Below, one piece after another: positions 36,966 through 46,278 of a stretch of DNA of 64,000 nucleotides. The stretch is from Alphaproteobacteria bacterium. Lineage in GTDB: Bacteria; Pseudomonadota; Alphaproteobacteria; SHVV01. The translations under genes and the position numbers were made by a program. The notes under the pieces are model-generated. The model saw only the letters and a program-made list of their open reading frames with translations, did not search any database and was not told the origin of the DNA. The first letter of the stretch is position 1. Every line of letters begins with the position of its first letter. The stretch covers positions 736,001 through 800,000 of the forward strand of contig OZ253470.1 of assembly GCA_965261735.1 (NCBI GenBank), given 5' to 3'.

Positions 36966-37328
36966 TTAGCGCGGCGAGATCGAGTAGCGCACCGTGAGCA
37001 AAGAGCCCTCGCTCACCAATTCGAGCGCGAGGACCTCACCCTCGCGGGTCCAGCGTAGCGGCGCGGTCTTGACCCAGCCGAGCTGAGGCAGCGTCGCGTC
37101 ATAAAAACGGGCGACCGCCGAGGCCGCCACCCGCCCCCGGGCCGCGGCCTCGACAATGCGCCCATCGGGCTTGTCGAACACCACGCTCAATCCCGGCACC
37201 TCGGCGAGCTCCGCCATCAGCGGCAGATCGACGACCCCGGCGACGAAGGCTTCCTCGGCCGCGGCGGTATCGGTGAGGGCGGCGACGGCGGCGAGCAGCG
37301 CGGCCGCGGCTAGCGGAGAGCGGGGCAT
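36966..37328 (-). CDS. Secreted hypothetical protein
   Basis: Signal peptide MPRSPLAAAALLAAV..AAA; DLPLM..VFDKPDGRIVE..FYDATLPQLGW. Confidence 0.75.
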   Translation of the reverse strand: MPRSPLAAAALLAAVAALTDTAAAEEAFVAGVVDLPLMAELAEVPGLSVVFDKPDGRIVEAAARGRVAASAVARFYDATLPQLGWVKTAPLRWTREGEVLALELVSEGSLLTVRYSISPR

Positions 37329-37350
37329 GGCGGCGCGGGCGCGCTCGACC

Positions 37351-38175
37351 TCACCGCTGCCGCCGCGGGCAGTAGAACGTCGAGCGCCCGCTCTGAACGA
37401 TGCGCGCGATACCGCCGGCGCAATCGCAGCCCGGGCATGGTGCGCCTTCGCGGTCGTACACGGCGAAGCGGTGCTGGAAGTAGCCGAGGTCGCCCGACAC
37501 GTGAACGTAGTCGCGCAGGCTCGACCCGCCGGCGGCGATGGCCTCCTCGAGCACCGCGCGAATGGCCTCGGCGAGCCGTCGGGCGCGGCCGCCGACGACC
37601 GACGCGGCTTGGCGGCGCGGCGAGATGCCGGCATGGAACAGGCTCTCGCAGGCATAGATGTTGCCGAGCCCGGCGATCAGGCGCTGGTTGAGCAGCGCGG
37701 CCTTCACCGGCGTCCGCCGGCCGCGCATCAGGGCTGCGAGCCGGGCGCCGTCGAAGCCGTCCTCGAGCGGCTCGGGGCCGAGGTCACGGAGTAGATCATG
37801 GTGTTCAAGCTCGGCCGCGCCAGCCAGCGCCATCAAGCCGAAGCGGCGCGGGTCGCGAAAGGTGAGCACCTGGCCGTCGTCGAGCGTTACGACCACATGG
37901 TCGTGCGGCCCCGGCGCCGCGGCGGCACCCAACACGAGCCGCCCCGACATGCCGAGATGGGTGATGAGGACCGCGCCGTCGTCGAGATGAACGAGAATGA
38001 ACTTGGCGCGCCGGCCGATGCCGACGACGCGGCGCCCCGCCAGCTGCTCCGCGAAGCGGGCCGGCAACGGGAGGCGCAAGTCCGGCCGGCGCGCTTGGGC
38101 GCGACGTATGGTGCGCCCGACAAGGCCCGCGCGTAGACCCCGGCACACCGTCTCGACCTCTGGCAACTCGGGCAT
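37351..38175 (-). CDS. mutM: Formamidopyrimidine-DNA glycosylase
   Basis: [26 protein letters not shown]-terminal zinc finger. Confidence 0.97.
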   Translation of the reverse strand: MPELPEVETVCRGLRAGLVGRTIRRAQARRPDLRLPLPARFAEQLAGRRVVGIGRRAKFILVHLDDGAVLITHLGMSGRLVLGAAAAPGPHDHVVVTLDDGQVLTFRDPRRFGLMALAGAAELEHHDLLRDLGPEPLEDGFDGARLAALMRGRRTPVKAALLNQRLIAGLGNIYACESLFHAGISPRRQAASVVGGRARRLAEAIRAVLEEAIAAGGSSLRDYVHVSGDLGYFQHRFAVYDREGAPCPGCDCAGGIARIVQSGRSTFYCPRRQR

Positions 38176-38186
38176 GGCGGCGTAAC

Positions 38187-39269
38187 CTAATGGATTGATT
38201 CCAACGTTTGGAACCCTCTGTTTCGTGCGGCGATGATATGATCGGGGTCGGCTTTCCAGATGAAGGGTTTTGGGTTTGCGTCATTGTATTCGCGGACAAA
38301 TCGGTTGATGGCGGCCTGAAGGTCGACGACGGATTGGAAGACGCCGTATTTGAGCCTGCGCCGCGTTAGTTTGGCGAAGAAGCCCTCGACGGCATTGAGC
38401 CACGAGCACGAGGTTGGCGTGAAGTGGAAGGTCCAGCGTGGATGGCGGGCGAGCCAGGCGCGGACCTTGTCCTTCTTGTGCGCGGCGTAGTTGTCGAGGA
38501 TGACGTGGACGGCCTTGTCCGTCGGCACCTCGCGCTCGATGCGGTTGAGGAAGCGGATGAACTCCTGATGGCGGTGGCGCTGCATGTTCTGTGCGATGAC
38601 CGTACCGTCCAGCACGTTGAGCGCGGCGAACAGCGTCGTCGTGCCATGCCGTTTGTAATCATAGGTCATCGTACCGGCGCGGCCCTTCTTCATCGGCAAG
38701 CCGGGTTGGGTGCGGTCGAGCGCCTGGGTCTGTGATTTCTCATCAACCGACAGCACCACGGCATGGGCCGGCGGATCGACATACAAGCCGACGATATCTG
38801 TGAGCTTCTCGGCGAAGGCGGGATCATTGGAGAGCTTGAAGTGCCGCCAGCGGTGCGGGCTGAGGCCATGGGCCTTCCAGATCGCTTGGACCGTCGACGC
38901 CGCGACGCCAGCAACCTTCGCCATCGCGCGCAGCGTCCAGTGGGTCGCCTCGTGCGGCGGCGCTTGCTGGGTCAGGCGGACGATCTCGGCGACGCGCTCC
39001 GGCGGGATCGGCGCTTTGCCAGGCGGACGGGACCTGTCGCGAAGCAAGCCGTTGACACCCTCGTGCATGAACCGCTCCTGCCAGCGCCAGACACAGGTCT
39101 TGGACTTGCCGGTCTCGGCCATGATCGACGAGTTCCCGAGCCCCTCGTCGCTCTTCAGGATGATCCGCGCCCGCCAGACATGTTTCTGCGAGCTCTTCGG
39201 GTCCGCGACGATAGCTTGCAATCGCTGACGGTCGCCAGACGTGACAGTAAAATGGATGCCGGTGCGCAT
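38187..39269 (-). CDS. IS630-family transposase
   Basis: [39 protein letters not shown]; its TAG stop is formed by the target site. Confidence 0.93.
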   Translation of the reverse strand: MRTGIHFTVTSGDRQRLQAIVADPKSSQKHVWRARIILKSDEGLGNSSIMAETGKSKTCVWRWQERFMHEGVNGLLRDRSRPPGKAPIPPERVAEIVRLTQQAPPHEATHWTLRAMAKVAGVAASTVQAIWKAHGLSPHRWRHFKLSNDPAFAEKLTDIVGLYVDPPAHAVVLSVDEKSQTQALDRTQPGLPMKKGRAGTMTYDYKRHGTTTLFAALNVLDGTVIAQNMQRHRHQEFIRFLNRIEREVPTDKAVHVILDNYAAHKKDKVRAWLARHPRWTFHFTPTSCSWLNAVEGFFAKLTRRRLKYGVFQSVVDLQAAINRFVREYNDANPKPFIWKADPDHIIAARNRGFQTLESIH

Positions 39270-39338
39270 AGCACAGACTCGCATGACACCGCACAATACG
39301 GAATCTCAAATCGGACTCTTTCGTTCCGATCAATCCAC
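38190..39338 (-). mobile_element. IS630-family insertion sequence
   Basis: Ends ATGGATTGAT.. and ..ATCAATCCAC; TA duplicated at 38188-38189 and 39339-39340 within a C-TA-G target. Confidence 0.92.
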
Positions 39339-39375
39339 TAGCGCGGGATTCGACGCTGCGCTATGGTCGGGCGCG

Positions 39376-40143
39376 ATGGCCGCCGAGCGAGAGAGCACGT
39401 TCACCCAATTCGGCCGCCGCCGCGTCAGGACGGCGGACAAGGGGGCCCTGGTCAGGGGCGTCTTCGACGGCGTCGCCGAACGCTACGACCTGATGAACGA
39501 CTTGATGTCGCTCGGCATCCATCGCCTCTGGAAGCGGGCGATGGTCGAGTGGCTGAACCCGCGGCCCGGGACACGCGTGGTCGACGTCGCCGGGGGCACG
39601 GGCGATATCGCGTTTCGTATCCTCGAGCGCACGGCCTCGGCCGGCGCGCCGGCGCGGATCAGCGTCGTCGACGCGAACGAGGCGATGCTGCGAATCGGGC
39701 GCGATCGCGCCCTCGACCGCGGGCTCGTGCGCGGCATCGACTGGCTGTGCGGGGACGCCGAATCTCTACCGCTCGCCGACGGCGCGGCCGACGCCCTCAC
39801 CATCGCCTTCGGCATCCGCAACGTGACCCGCCTGGAAGCGGCGCTCGGCGAGGCGCGGCGCGTTCTCAAGCCGGGCGGGCGCTTCCTGTGCCTGGAGTTC
39901 TCGCGCACCGTCCTGCCCGGCCTCGGCCGCCTCTACGATGCCTGGTCGTTCGCCGTCCTGCCGGTCATGGGCGCCGCGGTGACCGGGCGCGCCGATGCCT
40001 ACGAGTATCTCGTCGAGAGCATTCGCCGCTTTCCCGACCAGCCGAAATTTGCCGGCCTCATCGCCGAGGCCGGCCTCGGCAACGTCAAGTGGCGCAACCT
40101 GTCGGGCGGCATCGTGGCGCTCCACTCGGCCTGGCGCCTGTAG
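39376..40143 (+). CDS. ubiE: Ubiquinone/menaquinone C-methyltransferase
   Basis: YDLMNDLMSLGIHRLWK, DVAGGTGD, AFGIRNV, YLVESIRRFP. Confidence 0.95.
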   Translation: MAAERESTFTQFGRRRVRTADKGALVRGVFDGVAERYDLMNDLMSLGIHRLWKRAMVEWLNPRPGTRVVDVAGGTGDIAFRILERTASAGAPARISVVDANEAMLRIGRDRALDRGLVRGIDWLCGDAESLPLADGAADALTIAFGIRNVTRLEAALGEARRVLKPGGRFLCLEFSRTVLPGLGRLYDAWSFAVLPVMGAAVTGRADAYEYLVESIRRFPDQPKFAGLIAEAGLGNVKWRNLSGGIVALHSAWRL

Positions 40144-40153
40144 GGCGCACGAG

Positions 40154-41695
40154 GTGCTGCGCAGCGCGCGTCATCTGTGGCGGCTCGCCGGTATCGCGCG
40201 CACGCTTGCACGCCACGATGCGTTCGCCGCGGTCGAGGGGCTCGACGTCGCGCCTCTGCTCGTCGGCATCGGCCGCGTCTTCGCCCGGCGCGCCGCCGGA
40301 GGGCGGCCCGGGCAGCGTCTCGTCGCCGCACTGCAGGAGCTCGGCCCTAGCTTCATCAAGTTCGGCCAAGCGCTGTCGACGCGCGCCGACTTGGTGGGCA
40401 CCGGCATGGCGGCCGACCTCGGCGAGCTGCGCGACCGCCTGCCGCCGTTCGCGACGGCAGAAGCCCGCGCCACCCTCGCGGCCGAGCTCGGCAAACCGGT
40501 GGAAGCCGCGTTCTCCGACTTCAGCGACATCCCGATCGCGGCGGCCTCGATCGCCCAGGTCCACCACGCAACGACGGGCGATGGCCGCGAAGTCGCGGTC
40601 AAGGTACTGAGGCCGGGGATCGAGGCGGCCTTTCAGCGCGACCTCGACCTGTTCCATTGGCTCGCCGAACTCGTCGAACGCACGCGGCCGGGCGCGCGGC
40701 GTCTACGCCCGGTCGCCGTCGTCGAGACCTTTCGGGCCGCGGTGGCGCTAGAGATGGACCTGCGGCTCGAGGCGGCGGCGGCCTCGGAGCTGGCGGAGAA
40801 CTTTGCCGGCGATGCGACCTTCCGCGTGCCCAAGGTGGACTGGGAGCGCACCGCGCGGCGGGTGCTCACGCTCGAGCGCATGGACGGCATCGCCATCGAC
40901 GAGCGCGAGCGGCTGATCGCTGCCGGGCGCGACCTCGATCGGGTGGTCCAGAATCTGTTTCGCGCCTTTCTCAACCAGGCCTTCCGCGACGGCTTCTTTC
41001 ACGCCGACCTGCACCCGGGTAACCTTTTCGTCGATGCCGAAGATGCGATCCTCGCCGTCGATTTCGGCATCATGGGCCGGCTCGATGGCGCCACCAGGCG
41101 CTACGTCGCCGAGCTGCTGCTCGCCTTCCTCACCGGCGACTACAAGCGCGCCGCCGAGGTCCACTTCGAGGCCGGCTATGTGCCCCCATCGCAGTCGCCC
41201 GAGCTGTTCGCGCAGGCCTGTCGCTCGATCGGCGAGCCGATCTTCGGCCGTGACGCCCACGAGATCTCGATAGGCCGGCTGCTGGCCCAGCTCTTCCGCA
41301 TTACCGAGACCTTCGCCATGGAGACGCAGCCCCAGCTCCTGCTGCTGCAAAAGACCCTGGTCGTCGTCGAGGGCGTGATCCGCGGCCTCGTGCCGGACGC
41401 CAACATGTGGCGCATCGCCGAGCCGCAGCTCGCCGCCCTCGTCCAGGACAGCCTCGGCCCCGAGGCGCGGCTGCGCGAGGGCCTCGAGGAGGCGGGCGGC
41501 ATCGCTCGGCGCTTTCCGCGCCTCATCGAGAAGGCCGAGCTCGCCGCCACCATGCTCGCCGGCGAGGGCCTGCGCCTGCATCCCGACAGCGCCCGCGCCA
41601 TCGCCGCCGAGCAGGACCGGCGCCGCCGTCCGACCCGTGTCCTCCTGTGGATCGCCGCCGGACTGCTGGTGGCTCTGCTGGCGACGCAGATTTAG
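40154..41695 (+). CDS. ubiB: Ubiquinone biosynthesis kinase-like protein
   Basis: LGPSFIKFGQ, AASIAQVH, VAVKV, FFHADLHPGN, DFGIMG. Confidence 0.95.
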   Translation: MLRSARHLWRLAGIARTLARHDAFAAVEGLDVAPLLVGIGRVFARRAAGGRPGQRLVAALQELGPSFIKFGQALSTRADLVGTGMAADLGELRDRLPPFATAEARATLAAELGKPVEAAFSDFSDIPIAAASIAQVHHATTGDGREVAVKVLRPGIEAAFQRDLDLFHWLAELVERTRPGARRLRPVAVVETFRAAVALEMDLRLEAAAASELAENFAGDATFRVPKVDWERTARRVLTLERMDGIAIDERERLIAAGRDLDRVVQNLFRAFLNQAFRDGFFHADLHPGNLFVDAEDAILAVDFGIMGRLDGATRRYVAELLLAFLTGDYKRAAEVHFEAGYVPPSQSPELFAQACRSIGEPIFGRDAHEISIGRLLAQLFRITETFAMETQPQLLLLQKTLVVVEGVIRGLVPDANMWRIAEPQLAALVQDSLGPEARLREGLEEAGGIARRFPRLIEKAELAATMLAGEGLRLHPDSARAIAAEQDRRRRPTRVLLWIAAGLLVALLATQI

Positions 41696-41781
41696 CTCAG
41701 AGCACGAACCGCGCGGCCTTCCTTTCGCCCCATTTACACGTCAGGGTTTAGAGTGGACTGGTCTGCAGGCGAGGAACCGGC

Positions 41782-42672
41782 ATGCGCAGGGTCATCGGTT
41801 GGGCATTCGCGGTCGCCCTGATCGGCGGCGGGGCGGTGCCCGGCAGCGGCCACGCTGGCGAAACCTACCCCATGTGGTGGGCGCCGGAGCTTGGGCTTGC
41901 GAGCCTCAATGAGATCGACGCCAAGCTCGCGGAGCCGTTCCCCGGGGGCAAGCGGGCGGTGTTCCACAAGTTAGGCCGCCACATGATCGGCACGGGCGAG
42001 ACCGCCTACGTCGGCGAGTGGGGGTCGCTCGATGCGCGGCCCATCGACAACTGCTCCGCTTATCTGAAATGGACCGACGAGGGGTACCGGCACGACAACA
42101 GCGACGAAGATTCCCACTGGGTATATCGAATGAAGGGCGGGTACTGTTTAGCCTTGCGCGCGCTGAAACGGGCGCGCCCCGCCAAGACGAGCCATGTGCA
42201 CGACTTCGGCTTTACGCGGCATGTGTTGGATTACTTCCCGGCGCTCATGGATGCCGCCGGCTGCAAATTCCTGAGGGCCGAGATCGTCGCCAACCGTGAG
42301 GGGGTGCCGTGGAGCCAATTCGTCCATCCCGCCTTTGGGCCACCGAAGTATTTTGCCAACCTGGTCGTTCCGGACCCCGAGCATTTCGTCCACGAAGCGT
42401 GGAGCTCGTCCGAGATGACGCAAAAGTACAATGAGTGGGCCTTTGCCATCATCGGTCGTGGCGATCTCGACGGGGACGGCCTGAACGATCTGCTGGTAAG
42501 GCGGGATTTCCTCGGATTCTTTGGGGACAAACCCAGGGGTCTGCCGACAACGGTCCTGTTCCTGCTAACGCGCGATCGCGAGGGCGCCGTGCTCCGGGTG
42601 ATCGACGCGCACGGGTATCGCGGGGACAACAGTAAGTCGTGCCTCAATGCAAAAATCCTGAGCCACTATTAG
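41782..42672 (+). CDS. Secreted hypothetical protein, copy 1 (candidate muramidase immunity protein)
   Basis: Signal peptide ending GHA|GETYP; four Cys; FG-GAP-like GDLDGDGLNDLLV; intact ORF; function inferred only. Confidence 0.8.
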   Translation: MRRVIGWAFAVALIGGGAVPGSGHAGETYPMWWAPELGLASLNEIDAKLAEPFPGGKRAVFHKLGRHMIGTGETAYVGEWGSLDARPIDNCSAYLKWTDEGYRHDNSDEDSHWVYRMKGGYCLALRALKRARPAKTSHVHDFGFTRHVLDYFPALMDAAGCKFLRAEIVANREGVPWSQFVHPAFGPPKYFANLVVPDPEHFVHEAWSSSEMTQKYNEWAFAIIGRGDLDGDGLNDLLVRRDFLGFFGDKPRGLPTTVLFLLTRDREGAVLRVIDAHGYRGDNSKSCLNAKILSHY

Positions 42673-42842
42673 CGACCGCGGCTGTGGAGGGTCTTCAGGG
42701 GTTTCTTGCAGGTCGGGTGGACGAAAAACGGCTCCTGCTTCAGCGTCTTCTCGAACATCTCCCGCACCGCCCGGTTGCGCTCCTCGCTCGGTTGTAGGCG
42801 GTGCGATTGCGCGGCCGCCACCTTCCAGTCACGGTGCTGCAC
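42669..42842 (-). pseudogene. Orphan 57-codon C-terminal fragment of a second muramidase allele
   Basis: VQHRDWKVAAAQSHRLQPSEERNRAVREMFEKTLKQEPFFVHPTCKKPLKTLHSRGR*, 49/57 identical to the reconstructed C-terminus at 45348-45250 + 43872-43798. Confidence 0.88.
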
Positions 42843-42912
42843 GGTAGTCCTTTCTTTCGCCCCAATCGCACGTCATGGTAGATATCCTGGTCCAAACAGG
42901 CGGGGAACCTTG

Positions 42913-43801
42913 GTGAGTAAAGCAGCCGGATGGGCAGCGGCTCTAGGTTTGTTTCTCGGCGGCGGGGCGGCGCTCGGTGGCGCCAGCGGCGGTGAAACCT
43001 ACCCAGTGTGGTGGGCGCCCGAGCTTGGGCTTGAAAACCTCGACGAGATCGACGCGGCGCTCGCCCGCCCGTTTCCCGAGGGCAAGCGCGCGGTGTTCCA
43101 CAAGTTCGGCCGGCACATGATCGGCGAGGGCGACACCGCCTATCCGGGCGAGTGGGGCTCGCTCGATGCGCAGCCCATCGACAACTGCCTCGCCTACCTG
43201 AAATGGACCGACGAGGGGTACCAGCCCGAAAACGAGGACGAGGATTCTTATTGGGTCTATGAAACCAGAGCCGGGTACTGCCTAGCCTTGCGTGCGCTCA
43301 AGCGGGCGCGCCCCGCCACAACGAGCTATCTGCGCGACTTCGGCTTCACGCACGAATCGTTGGATTACCTTCCGGCGCTGCTAAACGCCGCCGGCTGCAA
43401 GCATCTACCACCCGAACTCCTGGCCAATCGGAACGGGGTGCCGTGGAGCAAATTCGTTCATCCCGCCTTCGGGCCACGGAAGCACTTCGCCAATCTGGTC
43501 GTTCGAGACCTGGAGCACTTCGTGTACGAAGCCTGGAGCTCGTCTGAAATGACGGAAAAACGAGGATGCTTTTTCCATAATCGGGCGCGGCGATCTCGAT
43601 GGGAACGGCCTGGACGATCTCTTAGTGAGGCGGGATTTTCTTGGGTTTTCTTATGGCAAACTCAGGGGGCCGCCTGAAACGGTGCTGTTCCTCCTCTCGC
43701 GCGACCGAGAGGGCGCCGTGCTTCGCGTCATCGACGCGCATGGCTATCGCGGCGGCGGCGGCAGGTCGTGCCTCAACGCCGAAATCCTGAGCTACTATTA
43801 G
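42913..43801 (+). pseudogene. Secreted hypothetical protein, copy 2, frameshifted near 43560
   Basis: Paralogue of 41782-42672. After MTEK a ~5-nt deletion shifts frame; IIGRGDLDGNGLDDLLV..RSCLNAEILSYY* continues in another frame. Confidence 0.85.
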
Positions 43802-43946
43802 CGACCGCGGCCGTGGAGCGTCTTCAGGCCTTTCTTGCACGTGGGGTGGACGAAGAAGGGTTCCTGCTTTAGCAGGCTGCTGAAAAAGTCCTCGCCTTTG
43901 CAGTTGTGACATGATTCTGTGATTCCTTCGAGTGATGGAGGATGGC

Positions 43947-45068
43947 ATGCGGGGTCGAGATCAAAGCAGTGGCAATTTATTCAGCTACGTAGACTTGGAA
44001 GAGCGTGTTCCGGATGATCATCCGCTGCGTCTGATCCGTGAGATCGTGAACGACGTATTGGGGTCTCTATCTTCGGAGTTCGAGACGCTTTATTCCCACA
44101 TGGGTTGCCCATCGATCCCGCCGGAGAGGCTTCTTCGAGCGTTACTGTTGCAAGCGTTTTATTCGATCCGCTCGGAGCGTCAGCTGATGGAGCAGCTAAA
44201 CTTCAACATGCTGTTTTGCTGGTTTGTGGGGCTTGGGCTGGACGATGGCGTGTGGGACGCCAGCGCGTTCTGCCACAACCGGGACCGTCTTCTGGAGGCG
44301 GAGGTTTCGGGGCAGCTGCTTGCGGGGGTTATCCAGCACCACAAGGTAGGGGGACTATTGAGCCGGGATCATTTTTCGGTAGACGGAACATTGATCGAGG
44401 CCTGGGCGTCGATGAAGAGCTTTCGTCCCAAAGGTGAGGACGATGGCGACGGGGGATCGGGGCGCAACGCCGCGCGGGATTTTCATGGCGAGAAACGCTC
44501 GAACGCGACCCATGCAAGCACCACTGATCCGGACGCCCGGCTTTATCGCAAGGGTAATGGCCGGGAAAGCAAGCTGTGTTACATGGGCCATGCGCTGACG
44601 GAGAACCGCCATGGTCTGGCAGTCGGCGGCGGCGTGACCATTGCGTCGGGCACGGCGGAACGCGAAGCCGCCCTTTATCTGATCGACAGGCATCGCCCGG
44701 TGGAGAGTAGAGGCGGGCGGCGTCGGATCACGGTGGGCGGGGACAAGGGTTTTGACGTCGCGGATTTTGTCGAGGAACTGCGGCACCGCAAGGTGACCCC
44801 CCATATCGCCGTCCAGGACCACGTCACCAAGACCGGCAAGCGGCGCAAGACCAAGATAGACGGGCGCACGACGCGCCATCCCGGTTACGGCGTCAGCCAA
44901 CGTTGCCGCAAGCGCATCGAGGAGGTCTTCGGCTGGGTCAAGACGAGCGCGGGATTGAGCAAGACCAAATTCCGGGGCCGCCACCGGGTCGACGCTTCGT
45001 TCACCCTGGCCTTGGCCGCCTACAACCTCGTCCGACTACCCAGACTGCTGGCGGAGGCGCCAACATGA
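43947..45068 (+). CDS. IS5-family transposase
   Basis: LFSYVDLEERVPDDHPLR, SVDGTLIEAWAS, TTDPDARL, GDKGFD, RKRIEEVFGW. Confidence 0.93.
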   Translation: MRGRDQSSGNLFSYVDLEERVPDDHPLRLIREIVNDVLGSLSSEFETLYSHMGCPSIPPERLLRALLLQAFYSIRSERQLMEQLNFNMLFCWFVGLGLDDGVWDASAFCHNRDRLLEAEVSGQLLAGVIQHHKVGGLLSRDHFSVDGTLIEAWASMKSFRPKGEDDGDGGSGRNAARDFHGEKRSNATHASTTDPDARLYRKGNGRESKLCYMGHALTENRHGLAVGGGVTIASGTAEREAALYLIDRHRPVESRGGRRRITVGGDKGFDVADFVEELRHRKVTPHIAVQDHVTKTGKRRKTKIDGRTTRHPGYGVSQRCRKRIEEVFGWVKTSAGLSKTKFRGRHRVDASFTLALAAYNLVRLPRLLAEAPT

Positions 45069-45226
45069 CGGGCGATGCCGGCACGCCGCTGACCGCAAAG
45101 TGGCAGATCATCGAACTGGACGAAGCCCAGGGCATCGGATCGGTCGAGATTGAAGACGGTTTCACCCTAAGACACGAAATCTCATTTCATTTCGGCGATG
45201 AATCCGAGTTCAAGGCCCGGCAATGA
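45065..45226 (+). CDS. Small passenger ORF inside IS5 (53 aa, possibly internally deleted)
   Basis: ATGA overlap with the transposase stop; MTGDAGTPLTAKWQIIELDEAQGIGSVEIEDGFTLRHEISFHFGDESEFKARQ ends just before the right TIR. Confidence 0.5.
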   Translation: MTGDAGTPLTAKWQIIELDEAQGIGSVEIEDGFTLRHEISFHFGDESEFKARQ

Positions 45227-46278
45227 TGACTTTTTCAGCAGCCTGTTAGTGCCTTCTCGAACATCTCTTGCACCGCCCGGTTGCGCTCCTCGTTCGGCTG
45301 TAGGCGGTGCGATTCCGCCGCCGCCACCTTCCAGTTGCGCCACTGCACAGCGGGGGTAAATTTCTCGAACACTTTGATAAGGTTCGGTACGCCTAAGTTG
45401 TATCCCATGTCATAGAGGCCGAGCTGGGCCGAACGGGGATAGGTCGCCATCTTGGGGAAACGCTCGGAGTCCCGCAACTCGTTGCGGACGTTTTCGATAT
45501 CCCTCATCGCTAGTGTCCAAATCTCGGCGTCCGACAGGTCGAGGCGCGTCAAATCCTTGAACTTGGTGTGGTCGCTTCCCTTGAGGTCCTGACGTTGGAA
45601 CACGGCACGCCAGGCCTGCCGCTTCTCGTATGCGTCCGCGTACACCAGCGGCTTCATGTCGCCCATCGGGATGCGCCGATGGAAGGGCAGCGCCACGACA
45701 TCGGATTCGTCGGCAATCTGGGTGACCCATGCCGACGGTGACCTTGCCCTCGGTATCGAGGTACATGTGCGACACCCACCCCTCATGTTTGTGCAGGTGC
45801 TGGTACACCGTGTCCTCCTCGACCGTCCAGGTAAGGGGCCGATTCATCTGCTTGCTGACCCGCTACAGTTTCGCATCGCGATAAACGCAGCCCGTGCCGC
45901 GCTGGACCAGCACGCCCTTCTTGGTCCCGATGGCGTTCCAGTCGTAAGCCCAGCCCGCTTCCTCTTTCATTTGACGTCCCGCCTTTCTTTCAGCGATCGC
46001 GACACGGGCGGGGAAATTCGCCCCTGCCCGGGGTCGCAGTGAGGTCGAAGATTTGTTGCTCGAGTTTTCTCAGCTCGGTATCGAACATGAGCATTGCGCT
46101 TCCTCTACGATGTGTATCGTTATGTATCGTAACAGCTCTCTTCGTATCATGTCAAAGCATTGGGACGTTCATGCAGCGATACTTCGCGTTCGCGGGATTT
46201 GGCCGACGGCTTGCGCTGCGGCCGCGCGCCAGCTATGTTATTTACAGCCACGCAACGTAGTTTCCGGGTAAATACGCG

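Larger units (their letters stand above)
43873..45245 (+). mobile_element. IS5-family insertion sequence
   Basis: Perfect 18-bp TIRs CAGGCTGCTGAAAAAGTC / GACTTTTTCAGCAGCCTG; TTAG duplicated at 43869-43872 and 45246-45249. Confidence 0.95.
41717..45348. repeat. Diverged tandem duplication: unit 1 41717-42842, unit 2 42849-45348 (the latter contains IS5)
   Basis: Both units start CCTT(C/T)CTTTCGCCCCA..CACGTCA and carry the secreted gene plus the convergent 3' end of the muramidase gene. Confidence 0.88.
43798..46094 (-). pseudogene. T4-lysozyme-like (GH24-type) muramidase with N-terminal extension, multiply disrupted
   Basis: HEGWVSHMYLDTEGKVTVGMGH has the E-x8-D-x5-T triad; AQLGLYDMGYNLG..WKVAAAE C-lobe. 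Lesions: frameshift ~45723, in-frame TAG 45863-45865, IS5 insertion, probable frameshift ~46040. Start at 46094 (RBS AGAGGA) or 45970 uncertain. Confidence 0.8.

Noticed and set aside
45863-45865. In-frame TAG in the muramidase gene as amber recoding or readthrough
   Set aside because: TAG is a very common true stop here (rpsO, pnp, gyrB), and the gene has other lesions; a nonsense mutation is simpler.
43798-46094. Prophage lysis cassette
   Set aside because: No holin, spanin, structural or integrase genes nearby; a remote phage origin of the lysozyme domain is not excluded.
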